This document shows positions 11,229 to 22,600 of a stretch of DNA of 60,000 nucleotides, in pieces; within the stretch, counting starts at the first letter, position 1; each line of letters opens with the position of its first letter. This DNA is from Schmidtea polychroa. Its lineage: Eukaryota. The notes below the pieces were generated by a model. The model had not been told where the DNA came from, made no database searches, and saw only the letters and a list, made by a program, of their open reading frames with translations. The position numbers and the translations under genes are program-made. The DNA lies in assembly GCA_044892525.1 (NCBI GenBank), contig CM097885.1:235354001-235414000 (forward strand), read 5' to 3'.

Positions 11229-11284
11229 TTTTATATATTAAAATTTACACACACAAAATAGGATTAATTAAATATATTATGTAA

Positions 11285-11366
11285 GCCATTATAGCGGAGT
11301 GGGAATAGGCTTCAATTTTATCACCGGGAGTACCGGGTTCAATTTTCGATTTTGGTCAATTTTTTT
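11285..11366 (+). ncRNA. Degenerate tRNA-like Pol III unit
   Basis: A box TAGCGGAGTGG (11292), weak B box GGTTCAATTTT (11336), T7 at 11360. Internal T4 runs weaken the call. Confidence 0.4.
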
Positions 11367-11527
11367 CGATATTTTTTTTCAACGGAATCTGATTCAGCGG
11401 ACTGATTTTAGTATATATTTAAATTTTCAGATGGATCTGAGTGGTAGTTGTCGAGAAAATGAATAATTAATTATTAATTTCATCAATAAATAGTCACACA
11501 TTAACAACTTATTTTATATTGAGTATA

Positions 11528-11608
11528 GCTCTAATAGCTTAGTGGTAATAGCACTCGACTGCATTGCCAATACCGATGGGTTCAAATCCCATTTCGGTAT
11601 TTTTTTTT
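11528..11608 (+). ncRNA. tRNA-like Pol III small RNA candidate
   Basis: A box TAGCTTAGTGG (11535), B box GGTTCAAATCC (11579) in a perfect T-arm ATGGG-TTCAAAT-CCCAT extended by ATACCG/CGGTAT, T9 terminator at 11600. Confidence 0.65.
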
Positions 11609-11765
11609 CAAATTTTTTTTTATCGAAATATTGATCAGCATACTCGATTTAGTACTTGTACAAATTTTTAAGGTGATTGGTCAACGGCAACTCTTGGAAA
11701 TTTAAGATCAAAAACGTTTTAACTACCAAAAATTAATATATCCAATAAAAAAAATATTTATAAAA

Positions 11766-12062
11766 ATGGATGAGTTAAAAGAAAGAATGAGAAATGAATT
11801 GAATGAAGTTAAACATAAGAGAATGAAAAGAAGAGAAGAAGAACCATTAGAATACATCAAAGAGTTGATGGTAGATAATGAAAAGTATCGACATTTTTAT
11901 ATGAAGGCTGTAGATGTTGCTGATATAAGATTGAAGAAAATGAAACAATTACAGGAAAGAGTTAAAGAACTTGAATCGATTATTTATAGTCTAAAAAATG
12001 AAAAAAATCCGATCTCCGATAGCGCAGTGGGAATAGACTGGCACAGTGGTTCAAATGGATAG
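11766..12062 (+). CDS. Small charged coiled-coil protein
   Basis: 98-aa ATG ORF in AAAAATGG context, divergent from the MCP gene; its 3' end overlaps a Pol III-like unit. Confidence 0.5.
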   Translation: MDELKERMRNELNEVKHKRMKRREEEPLEYIKELMVDNEKYRHFYMKAVDVADIRLKKMKQLQERVKELESIIYSLKNEKNPISDSAVGIDWHSGSNG

Positions 12063-12095
12063 CGGTTCAAATCCTAACTACGGTTAGTTTTTTTT
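12013..12095 (+). ncRNA. tRNA-like Pol III small RNA candidate
   Basis: A box TAGCGCAGTGG (12020), B box GGTTCAAATCC (12064), CTAAC-TACG-GTTAG hairpin, T8 at 12088. Confidence 0.6.
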
Positions 12096-12219
12096 CAACA
12101 TAAAATAATATTAAAAATTTGAAAATAATATTGAAAATAGTGTGGGTATCTTATATTTATAAAGTACTTGTATATTTTATTTTATTTATTTTATTTTATT
12201 TTATTTTTTTATTAATTAA

Positions 12220-12977
12220 TTATTTTTTAAACATAAATATGAAAAAAAAAATATTGAAACGGGTAATGGTGGCGAACCGGTAATTATCGCCACCTGTCTT
12301 TCGAACACCCCCGGATCGATCCCGGTAATGTGCACATTTATTTCTCAGTTGTTTTCGGACCTCTTTCGGATTCGCTTTCGAATTCATTTGTACTTTCGAG
12401 CAGCACGCTTAAAACGCCGTTGAAATCGACTTCGTGAGCGAGAAGCGAATAATAAGGCGTGCTGCTATTATCGGATTGATTCTGATGTATGAGTCTGGCC
12501 AGCTTGTATATTAGAAGAGATTTGATAAACCAAAGAGGTTGAAATAAAAAAAAATGATCCGGATCAAAAAAACTGTTGAGAGGACAGTGAAAAAAAAAAA
12601 AAATACCACTGTCCTCTCAGAGCAGTTTTACTATTTTCATAAAATTTTTTATTCTTCAAGACATCAAGATTAAGATTTCATTTATTTTTTTTAATTAGCC
12701 AATTAGCAACTTGCTAGTTGGCATCCTCAAGTAGCCTTCTAACTTTTTCATAATACCATTTTCTTTTCTATTCTCTTTATGTTTTTAGTTTGAAGCTTTT
12801 GAGTTTGAGGCTTTAAAGATTAAAACAGTTAGAGTCATTAAGGGTGGTTGTTTTCAAAATATAGGGTTAAAATACTATAAAAGTATAAGTTTTAGGTTGT
12901 TTTTCTAATAGCTTAAGTGATTTGGAGGCATGTTTTGTTGGGAGGGCTGTTTTGGTTGGGTATATAACCACACTACT
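12220..12977. repeat. Right terminal inverted repeat of copy A (core ~760 bp)
   Basis: Near-identical to 22816-23557, the pPolB-proximal end of inverted copy B; ends in ACTACT. Weaker homology extends inward to ~12020. Confidence 0.88.
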
Positions 12978-13297
12978 GATATTGTTCTAGAATATAGACG
13001 ATAAAAATAAGATAAGATTTCGTTTTGGCTTATTTTAAAACTGTTAAATAAATAAATCCTAACTAAAAAAGAAATTACTTGATCACAATAAATAATGTCT
13101 TTAAAAACAGGATTTTTAAAATCAATCCCAAAAATATTGATAAATTAAATTTAAATGTCTAAATTTACTTAAACTACCCAACCAAAACAGCCCTCCCAAC
13201 AAAACATGCCTCCAAATCACTTAAGCTATTAGAAAAACAACCTAAAACTTATACTTTTATAGTATTTTAACCCTATATTTTGAAAACAACCACCCTT
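12978..13297. repeat. 320-bp inverted repeat (partner 23435-23754)
   Basis: Reverse-complement match with one mismatch seen; made of 123 bp of TIR plus ~197 bp not found in the copy A TIR. Confidence 0.9.
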
Positions 13298-13454
13298 CAT
13301 CTTCAAGTAACATTCTCAAAACAAGTACATTCTTTCCACATCCAGAAGAACCAACAATTAATAATCTAAAATTATCAGGAAATACTTTATTATTAAATTT
13401 ACTCTTATGTCTATTTAAAATTGGTTTCCAAAGTATTGGACTTCGTACATCCAT
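13257..13454 (-). pseudogene. Truncated A32 ATPase (variant allele)
   Basis: MDVRSPILWKP...GSSGCGKN...LLED, then fused to TIR sequence at 13297/13298. Confidence 0.85.
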
Positions 13455-13469
13455 TTTGTTTATTATAAA

Positions 13470-14048
13470 ATGACAACTGAAGAATCTTTGCAAGAATTAA
13501 TAAATTCAAATAAAAATAAATCAGTAGTAATTGATGGTAAAAAATATTTTATTGGAAAACATGTAAAAGAACAAGTTAGAGCGAAGCTCCACGAAGCTAA
13601 AGAAGGTGGCATTCTTCCATTAGCTGCTTTAATACCTGCAATCATTGCTGGTTTATCAGGTGCTGCTGGAATAGCTGGAGGAATTGCAACTACAGTTCAA
13701 AAAGCTAAAGAATCTCAAAAGACAGACCTAGAAAAAGAAAAACTACAAACTGAAATCGATTCAATGAAGAAGGTAGGGCAAGCTAAAGGGGGAGTGTCCG
13801 TTGGAAAGGGTCTCTATCTTAATCCATATGAGGGGAGTCGGCAAAAGTCTCAGGGCAAAGGTCTCTATCTTGATCCTTATAAAGGTAGAGGTTTAAATGA
13901 TTTTTTAAAAAATCAAATTTCTACATCTGAATCTTTATCTTCAAAAGATAAAGAAGATTTAAAAAAAATATGTAAATCTTTAAAGAATGGATGCCTTTGT
14001 AAAACTAAAAATGGTAAAGGATTATACTTGAAGCCCTTCGAACTATGA
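13470..14048 (+). CDS. Putative virion core / membrane-lytic precursor (copy B)
   Basis: Same translation as 7106-7684. Confidence 0.6.
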   Translation: MTTEESLQELINSNKNKSVVIDGKKYFIGKHVKEQVRAKLHEAKEGGILPLAALIPAIIAGLSGAAGIAGGIATTVQKAKESQKTDLEKEKLQTEIDSMKKVGQAKGGVSVGKGLYLNPYEGSRQKSQGKGLYLDPYKGRGLNDFLKNQISTSESLSSKDKEDLKKICKSLKNGCLCKTKNGKGLYLKPFEL

Positions 14049-14070
14049 TACCATTTTTGATACCATTAAA

Positions 14071-14952
14071 ATGGTATATGAAGAAAGATTAGCACTTTTA
14101 AAAAAATTACAATCAGAACAAGATAAATATAATAAAAAAGATACAACTCAACATGCTGAATCTATAATATTAAATGAGGTAATAACACAACAACAGGGGC
14201 CAACAATTAAAGCTATAAAAGAGTTGGAAGATTTCAATGAGCAAGCAAAATTTAAAGAGTTAGAAGATAAAAAACAAAAAATAAAAGAACTAGAGTGGCA
14301 GGATAAAGAAAAAGAATCCAGTGAAAACCATCCTGAAAGAAATCAAAGAAAACGCAGAAGAATTTCTAATGTGGAAGAAGAAGAAATGTTTTTAAAAACA
14401 AAACCTCTTAAAGTTGATCCTAAAATTAGAGATGATTTACCTCCTTCAATTAGACCCACATTTAATACTAATACTGAAGGATATCAAATAATAACAATTA
14501 ATAAACAAAACTTTACTTTATATTCAAATTCAGAAAATAAATCACGTATTCATTCACAAAATGTTTATAATAATGAATATTTAGACTTTGAATTTACAGA
14601 TGATTTTTATAGATTACTTTGTGGATATTCTTCAGATGATGTTGAAGAAATTAAAAAATATTTAAATTTAATAAAATTAATAAGAGCTAGTTCTAAAGCA
14701 AAATATATTCAAGATTTAAAGAATTATTTAAATAAAAATGAAAAGGGTTATGTTGTTACAGAGGGAGAGGGATTAATTAGTGAAGGTGGTAAACCAAATC
14801 CCATCAATCTTTTTATTGAATTAAGAAAACTATTAGCTGCAAGGAAAGCAGGACATAATAATTTAGATTCTGATATTTTAAAGATTTCTAAAGATTTGTT
14901 AAAACAAGGAATAATTTCAAAAGATAAATTTAATAAGTATACGAAGTTATAA
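14071..14952 (+). CDS. Polinton hypothetical protein (copy B)
   Basis: Same translation as 6202-7083. Confidence 0.65.
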   Translation: MVYEERLALLKKLQSEQDKYNKKDTTQHAESIILNEVITQQQGPTIKAIKELEDFNEQAKFKELEDKKQKIKELEWQDKEKESSENHPERNQRKRRRISNVEEEEMFLKTKPLKVDPKIRDDLPPSIRPTFNTNTEGYQIITINKQNFTLYSNSENKSRIHSQNVYNNEYLDFEFTDDFYRLLCGYSSDDVEEIKKYLNLIKLIRASSKAKYIQDLKNYLNKNEKGYVVTEGEGLISEGGKPNPINLFIELRKLLAARKAGHNNLDSDILKISKDLLKQGIISKDKFNKYTKL

Positions 14953-14974
14953 ATACGAAGTTTTAAAATACAAA

Positions 14975-15439
14975 ATGACTCCTTCAATATTAGATTTTTT
15001 AAAAACATTTGGAATAAATGCAAAAACAAATTTTGATTTAAAAGATTATGCAAATTATTTAAATTTAAAAATTAAAATATTAATGAATGATGAATTATCA
15101 AGTCTGGAGAGTCCCCTGAATATAATAATCAATTATCAAAATTCAAATGAAAAAGGATCTCATTGGGTTTGTATATATAAGAAATCTATCTACTTTGATT
15201 CTTTTGGGATTAAACCTGCTAAAGAAGTTGAAGATTATCTCTTGAGGGGTTCTCCGATTGATTCCCCAAATGGTTATACTTTTAACTCTTTACAAGTTCA
15301 ACCTTTGAATACTAAAATATGTGGTATTTTAAGTTTATATGTTTTGTATAGATTGAATAAGGGAGAGGGAAAGGGGCATACGCAGGATTTTGAATCTATA
15401 ATTCAAGAAATTTATAATGATCTAGAATCTCTACTATAA
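14975..15439 (+). CDS. Adenain-like protease (copy B)
   Basis: Same translation as 5715-6179. Confidence 0.9.
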   Translation: MTPSILDFLKTFGINAKTNFDLKDYANYLNLKIKILMNDELSSLESPLNIIINYQNSNEKGSHWVCIYKKSIYFDSFGIKPAKEVEDYLLRGSPIDSPNGYTFNSLQVQPLNTKICGILSLYVLYRLNKGEGKGHTQDFESIIQEIYNDLESLL

Positions 15440-15502
15440 GGATTTTTACTATAAGGATTTTTACTATAAGGATTTTTACTATATGAATTTACTACTAAAG
15501 AA

Positions 15503-16267
15503 ATGGAGCTTCACAACCCTCCGGAAGATAATTTAAAAAAAATGGTAAACATAATGTCAGATAAATATTCAAGAACTTTATCTATAAATTCAAAAGAATC
15601 AGACTTTATTATAAACTTTCAAGATTCAATTAAATTAGATCAAAATTTAAATTATGAATTGGGGCTATTATGGTTTTGTGCTTATAATACTATTTTTAAT
15701 ATAACTAAAGATAATAATAAATTTACTATTCAAACTCGTGATGGGCATAAACCAGAAATTATAACAATAGAACCTGGGGCATATGAGATAAAAGATTTAA
15801 ATGATATACTTTCTAAAAAAACAAATGAAGGTATTAAAATTAAAATGGATATACCAACTTCAAAATGTGTAATGACTTTGAAGAATATAAAAATTAGTTT
15901 TTTAGATAATTGTTTCTTTCACACAGTTTTAGGATTTAAACCTATGGATATAACAATAAAAGAAGATAAAATAATAACATCAGAACATATTATAAAAATA
16001 ATAAATACAAACACAATAAATATTCATTGCGATTGTATAACAGGTTCTTATAATAATGGTAAACAAACAAATGTTTTATATTCCTTTCCCTCAAACACAG
16101 TTCCTATGGGATATAAAATAGTTGAAAGAATGAATCCTCCAAATTATTTACCTTTATGTAGAAAATATATAATGGATATTAATTTTAAAATTCTTAATCA
16201 AGAAGGAGAATTGATTGATTTTAATGGAGAAGAGATTTCAATGTATTTACATTTGAAACAGGTTTGA
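15503..16267 (+). CDS. Minor capsid protein (copy B)
   Basis: Same translation as 4887-5651. Confidence 0.85.
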   Translation: MELHNPPEDNLKKMVNIMSDKYSRTLSINSKESDFIINFQDSIKLDQNLNYELGLLWFCAYNTIFNITKDNNKFTIQTRDGHKPEIITIEPGAYEIKDLNDILSKKTNEGIKIKMDIPTSKCVMTLKNIKISFLDNCFFHTVLGFKPMDITIKEDKIITSEHIIKIINTNTINIHCDCITGSYNNGKQTNVLYSFPSNTVPMGYKIVERMNPPNYLPLCRKYIMDINFKILNQEGELIDFNGEEISMYLHLKQV

Positions 16268-16291
16268 AGATTCATTTTAAATTATTAATAA

Positions 16292-17302
16292 ATGAGTTCT
16301 TATATTCCATGTAATAGAGGTGGTGAAACAATAAAAACAGGGTTTAATACAGAAGAAATATTAACTTTAACAGAAAATAAATATATTAATGAAAGAGGTG
16401 ATTCAATGAAGGGTGATTTAATTTTAAATGGACACAAGATAAAAGAATTATCTTTTCCAACTGATGAAGCTGATGCAGTTAATAAGAAATATGTAGATGG
16501 TGTTAAAAAATATACTGATTTAACAACAACAAGAATTGAAAGTTCATTAACAACAAAAATTGATTCAATGGAATCAAAGCTTATTAATATCGAACAACGA
16601 TTTAATGATAAATTTGACAAGTTACAAAGTCTGTTAACTGAACAAGTTGTAAAGTTAAATACTGCTATATTAAATTCTAAAGATAAACAAATTATGAATA
16701 CTAAATTTAATGCAATATATAAAATAATAAATGAGATGATTACATCATTTAATAAAAGAATTTCAAATTTAGAGTCTCATGGAACACACATTAACACCAC
16801 ACATAGTATTAGAAAAAGAGCTGCTGAATTAGAACAGAATAAAACATTATTACCCCATACATATAAACATTTTATAGAACCAAGTTTAATAACAACAAAC
16901 AGTAAAGAATGGGGTGTTTTTATGGTTGTAAAAATTATTGATCCTTATTTCTTTTTGTTTGATGATGATAATGAAAGAATGAAATGGTTTGTGAAATGTG
17001 ATTATAATAGTAAGCTTGAAAAGGGTGATGTTATAATGACTAGTTATGATTTACCACACGGAGATTGGTATGTTAATACTCATTCACATGGACTACATAA
17101 AGTTAAAAGTAAGAATATTCATTTTTCTAGTTCACTTGTACAATATATAGATTTAATATTTTATGAAAAAAAGGTTGATGTTGATGAAGTTCGTAAAGCA
17201 TTGAGAGAATTGTATAAAGATATCCTCTCAACAAGAGTTTCTTTTGATATCCGAGTATTGGTGCCAGATGGTGCTCAGAAGAATAAAGTCTTATTTTTTT
17301 AA
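16292..17302 (+). CDS. Putative fibre-like protein (copy B)
   Basis: One substitution versus copy A (KLNNIE to KLINIE; 4570/16584). Confidence 0.55.
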   Translation: MSSYIPCNRGGETIKTGFNTEEILTLTENKYINERGDSMKGDLILNGHKIKELSFPTDEADAVNKKYVDGVKKYTDLTTTRIESSLTTKIDSMESKLINIEQRFNDKFDKLQSLLTEQVVKLNTAILNSKDKQIMNTKFNAIYKIINEMITSFNKRISNLESHGTHINTTHSIRKRAAELEQNKTLLPHTYKHFIEPSLITTNSKEWGVFMVVKIIDPYFFLFDDDNERMKWFVKCDYNSKLEKGDVIMTSYDLPHGDWYVNTHSHGLHKVKSKNIHFSSSLVQYIDLIFYEKKVDVDEVRKALRELYKDILSTRVSFDIRVLVPDGAQKNKVLFF

Positions 17303-17310
17303 TTATTAAA

Positions 17311-17907
17311 ATGGAAGAAGTAAGAGAAGAAAAAATTTACCCAGAATTGAGATCATCAGGATATTATTCTTCCAAGGCCTCGGCTCCCACAGAACTTGAA
17401 ATTATGAGAGTAAAAGAATTTAAATCAGAAACCTTACATTTACAAGATTTATTAAAGCATTATAAAAAAATTAAAAATAGATGGAATAAAGGGAATACAG
17501 TTTTAAAAGTTATAGGTTATTCTTTAGGATTTGCATCTGCAATATTAACAGTTATTTTACCCATAACTTTACCAGTTGTTACTCTTGCACCTGTAATACT
17601 TGGAAGTATTTCTGTGGCTGATGGTTTCTTAACTGAAATAGTTTCATTATCTTATACTTCTAAAAAGAAAAGTTTATATAGAGAAGTTTGTTTATCAATA
17701 GAATTAGGAATCTCTAAATTATTTTTATTTCAATTAAAAGCTTTGGAAGATGGAATCCTGACAGACGAAGAAATAATGAAATCAAATCAAATAATACAAG
17801 ATATAAAGAATGAGGTTATAAGATTAAAAAGGGAGGGCATGGTGGCTAATGTTATAAGTAATAAAAAAACATCTCGAGAAAAATGGTTAAAGAATTCTTA
17901 CTTATAA
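17311..17907 (+). CDS. GasderminX-like protein (copy B)
   Basis: Same translation as 3247-3843. Confidence 0.6.
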   Translation: MEEVREEKIYPELRSSGYYSSKASAPTELEIMRVKEFKSETLHLQDLLKHYKKIKNRWNKGNTVLKVIGYSLGFASAILTVILPITLPVVTLAPVILGSISVADGFLTEIVSLSYTSKKKSLYREVCLSIELGISKLFLFQLKALEDGILTDEEIMKSNQIIQDIKNEVIRLKREGMVANVISNKKTSREKWLKNSYL

Positions 17908-18005
17908 AATGGGTGTATTTTTAAAAAAGTAGATCAGGTTGCTATAGTTGCTTAAATTAATTGTCGACATTTTATTATTAAAAAATTAAATATCGTTGGT
18001 TTCAG

Positions 18006-21000
18006 TTATGGTTTTAATTTATGATCTTTAAATTCTTTATCACTTAGACCTTTTATATATTCAGGATCAGTATTAAAATATTTAAGTTCTAAACATATAG
18101 GATTAAAAACTTGAGAATATAAAGGCTTCTCGATTTCTCTCTCGGGATAAATGATTTCAACATTATAAATATCAAGATCAGTAATTTTTGTATCATATAA
18201 CTTATTCAACTTTTCTAGATTTTTTATTATAGGGATTAAATTATTTCCAATAGGTAGAGTTGTCTTTAAATCACTTAGTATGAATCTCTTATCATCATAA
18301 TTTGATAATGATACTTTTTGAGATTCTATCAAGTGAATATCATGGTTTTCACTTTTAAGTTGATGTATTTCATCAATTTTATCTTTATGATTTGGATTCA
18401 ATGTATCTATATAATCTTGATGAGAAAGATTCTTTGCAACCACTCTCTGTATTCCTTTACATCTGTTATCCTTTACAGGTTTTTCTTCTTTAGGAAATAT
18501 AGGATATCTATGTGTAATGGTTTCTTCTGTTTCTGGAGTTTTAAATATAAATGATCTAGTTATAAATTCAGGGTTTCTAAATGTTTCGTATGAATATTGT
18601 TTAGCACGAATAAATATTCCATTTTCTATAGGAGTAAAAGGTTTTTCATCTTTAAACGAAAATAGTTCTCCAGATGAATTTATTAAATTTGAAAGTATAG
18701 GATTTTCTTTCATATCTTTTTGTAAATCATGAGTTCTTATTGTTAAAAACATTGAATCTGTATCCATTGCATGCATTGATATATTTGCTCCGTATATAGG
18801 TTGTAAGATGTTATAATATGTTTCATACATTTGTAATTTTGAAAGTTCTAAAATTGTAAACCCTATAAATATTGGTTTGTTATATGTTTTCTCATAATTT
18901 TTTAATTCTACTGCAGTAAGATTTTCAGAAAATACTTGTGCGTTTTTAAATGTAGGCTTTCCTAGCATGCGATTATAACGCTTAATATCTTTGGTAGTAT
19001 TTGTTAGGAGTTCAATATGAGTATATTTATCAACATTCTCCATTGTTTTCCCAAAGACTGAATTGTTTAAAAGTTTATAATTATTATCTTTAAAAAGGTT
19101 ACCTTCTCTTTTTGCAATGTTTCGACACCTAATGTTCTCCTCGATAAAAGCTTTCATGAATGGAGCTTGTTTAAATCTTATGACACTATGAACTTTTTTT
19201 AATATCATTCCTCGTGAGAGATAAAATTGGAGGAGTCTATAGTGACAAAGATAAAACCTTCGATCTGTTTGATCACAAAGAAGTTTCATTGTTGGAGGTT
19301 TATCTTGTGAGATTTGCCATTCAGAAAGTTCGTTGATATCAATCTTTCTTCTTATGGGAGCTAAAGGAAAATATCTTGTTCCTGATTTATATCATCTGGA
19401 TAGTCGAGGTCACATTCTATAAAGTAACCTATTGGAGAATCTTTCGATGTTGAAAGTATTTCTTTCATAAGGTCATCTGTTGGGTTCTCTATTTCAGTGA
19501 AATCACTCATTGGTAAATATTGAGTCATAATTCCTGAATATAAAGCTGTTGCATCTATATAAAGTATAAATATAGGATTTTTCATTGTTTCTAATAATTC
19601 TTTTAATTCCTCATTGTTAATTTTCATATATGGATCATCAGGGTGTTTAGATAGTCTTCGGCTAGTAGTTATTGCATTTCTAGCTTTTATTTCTCTATTC
19701 CCCATTACTGAAGAGACTCCTCCTCTAATGTTTGTTTTAATTTGGTTAAACATATCGAGGTTAGTTAAAAGATCTATAATTTTATCAGCATCTTCTATAT
19801 TTGAAGTCCAAATGGTATATAACATAGTATCCCAAGCTAAAGAGGGTGCAGTTATATAATTATAAGGTTTAAGAACAAAAGAGTTTGTAAATTCTTCAAA
19901 GCAATCTGCTAGAATATAAACATCTAAGGATAAATACATGTTGGTATATTCTCCTAAAGTTTTACACTTGAATAATTCCCACATTTTTAATGCTCGAGAA
20001 TATTCTTGATCTGTAATCCCTGATTGTAGTAAGTTTGAAAAGAAATCTTCTTTGTTAGGAAGACTTGTTTCATTATATCTTTCAAACGAGTCAACATAGT
20101 CATAAGGATATATTCCTTTTGCTAAACATGTAGGATATTCTTCTAGAGGAATATTATTTTTTTCCAAGAATTCTCGAGTGATTTTAAAATCTTCTGGTTT
20201 CATTGTTTTAGCTATTCCATCTAGAGACATTTGAAGAAAGTTTAACGAGTCTATAAATTTTAATTTCCCATATTCAACTGATTTATATTTTTCTTTTGTT
20301 AAGCCGATAACTTTGAAAGAGTTTTTAGCATTTGCTGCTAAATGTTTAATAAATAGATGTATGTCATATCCAAAAAGATTATGAAATATAACAGGTATAA
20401 ATTTAGGAGTATGGCAATTAAGATTGCAATTTTTATGAGCTGCTCCTCGATAATTATTTTCCTTTTTTAAATGATCATGATCTATAACTTTTTCATCAGG
20501 AAGAATATTCTGTTTACACATCCAACAGTTGGAAGTGTTTTCATATTCTTGTTGTTGTTGATTAGAAATATTTTGAGGATACTTTGTTTTTAATATTTTA
20601 AATATTTCATGTTCTAGATCATTTATATTTTTAGTAAAATGATTCAAGACTTCTTCAGGGGTACCTCCTAGAATTGAATATTCTCTAGATTCTATGAGTT
20701 CAGGATAATTACTTTTAAATAATAATTTATAAGCAGATGGTAATTGTTTAGTTTTTTTAACACTATTAGGTTTATTTCTTTTTCTTAGAAAGGCTTTCAT
20801 CCTCTCTGGTTTCATCTTCTCTCCTGAGGAGTTCCATAAATCCATGAGTTTATTTTTTTCTATTATTTTTAAATATTGATAAACCAAATCTTGTTTATGG
20901 TTTATAGATTCAAAGTCACCATAAAGAACTCCAACTGTTTGTAGTAAATTTGAAAAGTTTTTAAAATACATCTTGGGATTATTAGGCATTTTAATTAAAG

Positions 21001-22300
21001 CTGGATCATCTTTTTCACAAAATCTTGTATGTTTAATCATAGAGTTTTTAGTTGTTGAATAATGAAGACATCTTTTACATGTTCCTCCTCCACTAGTTGG
21101 ATTCTCTGGAGATGTAAAAGCTTGAAAGTTTTTTATTAAAACATAATGTTGATTATTTTCTTGTTCCAAGATTAAAAGATATATCTCGTTGTCCTGTGCT
21201 CCGTTATCCTTGGTTCCACTATCTGAAATATAAATTGGAATAATTTCTTTCCCTATAACATGTTCATAAATATTAAGTTTAAGATTATTTAATTTTTCAA
21301 ATTCTGGAATGTCTTCTAGTTTCATTGGGTGTTTGAATCCTTTGGGAAATATTAATTCATTTTCATATTGTTTGTATTTTGAAACTCTTTGGGGATTTGT
21401 TGCTTGAGGATGTAAATGTGCAAGTATTGACCAGATGAAACATTTGTTATCATTATTCTGTACATTTATAACATTTTTAGATTTAAAGGGTGTAGGAATA
21501 TAAGATTTAGGATTGGGTGGTAATCCTCTCCAATAATCAATCACTAAAGTTTGGAAAGAGTTGAATACTAAGTTTGAATCTCCTAATTCATTTTCTACTT
21601 CCTCTTGTTTTGCTTCTGCTGCTTTAATTATTTCTTTGATGGTTTTATCAAATCCTTTAATTGAAAATAAATATTTAAAAGGTATTCCAATTTCAACATC
21701 TAAGGGTGTTGTCTTTTCTTCTGCTCCTCGCCAGTATTTTGCTTTGATTATAATTTTATATTTTATAACATTATACCTTGTCGGTTTATAATTTTTTAAA
21801 GCTTCAGTGAAAGAATTTTTAATATTTTTTTTATTTTTATTTATATATTCTCCAGGAGTTGCAGGCCCATTAATTTTTAATTGAAATTCATCTATATGAT
21901 TAAAATTATCCCAGTTATATTTTTCTCTTTCAACATGATCAGGTTCTCCTTCTGAATGACATTCCTCATCGTCAGAATTTTGTTTTTTATTTTTACATTC
22001 TTTTATATGTTCTAAATAATAGAAATTTAGTTTTGTTGAAAAGTTACAATGAGGACATGTAAATATTTCTCTATTTTTCCCGATACAATTTTCAAAATGT
22101 TTATTATATCCAGAATGTAGAAATCTTCCTTTACATTTAAGACAAAGTTTTGAATTTGTATCATTAAGATTATTTTCTTTTAATAAATGAGCTTTCGATT
22201 TTAAGTGAGAAATTAATCCAGTTTTATTTTTAAAAACTTTATTGCAAATATTACAATTCATTTTTAGAAAAAATTTTTTTATTGGATACTCTGTTTTCAT
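18006..22300 (-). pseudogene. polB: Full-length pPolB with N-terminal zinc fingers, same 1-nt frameshift (~19375-19385)
   Basis: 979-aa and 427-aa ORFs; N-terminal CNIC..HLKSKAH and CPHC..H..C fingers, SYIPTP..INVQNNDNKCFIWSILA region, exo and pol motifs. Confidence 0.9.
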
Positions 22301-22367
22301 TTTATTTTTTAAGATTTATATTATTCATTTTTTATAATAAAAATTTAAAAAATGACAAAAAATCCAA

Positions 22368-22450
22368 ACCTTGATGGCGCAGTGGGCTAGACTGACACAG
22401 TGGTTCAAAATGCTAGCGGTTCAAATCACATGTGAGGTTAGTTTTTTTTT
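22368..22450 (+). ncRNA. tRNA-like Pol III small RNA candidate
   Basis: A box TGGCGCAGTGG (22375), B box GGTTCAAATCA (22418), AACCTT/GAGGTT terminal pairing, T9 at 22442. Confidence 0.55.
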
Positions 22451-22600
22451 CAACATAAAATAATATTAAAAATTTGAAAATAATATTGAAAATAGTGTGG
22501 GTATCTTATATTTATAAAGTACTTGTATATTTTATTTTATTTATTTTATTTTATTTTATTTTTTTATAAATTAAAAATTAAAAAAATGACAAAAATTCAA

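Larger units (their letters stand above)
1..12977 (+). mobile_element. Polinton/Maverick (adintovirus-like) element, copy A; left end outside the window
   Basis: Full Polinton gene set (pPolB, retroviral-type integrase, A32 ATPase, adenain-like protease, major and minor capsid). The right TIR ends ...GGGTATATAACCACACTACT at 12977, the canonical ACTACT terminus. Confidence 0.95.

Noticed and set aside
11528..11608. Canonical tRNA gene
   Set aside because: D- and T-arm motifs are present, but no acceptor stem or anticodon stem forms; kept only as a tRNA-like unit.
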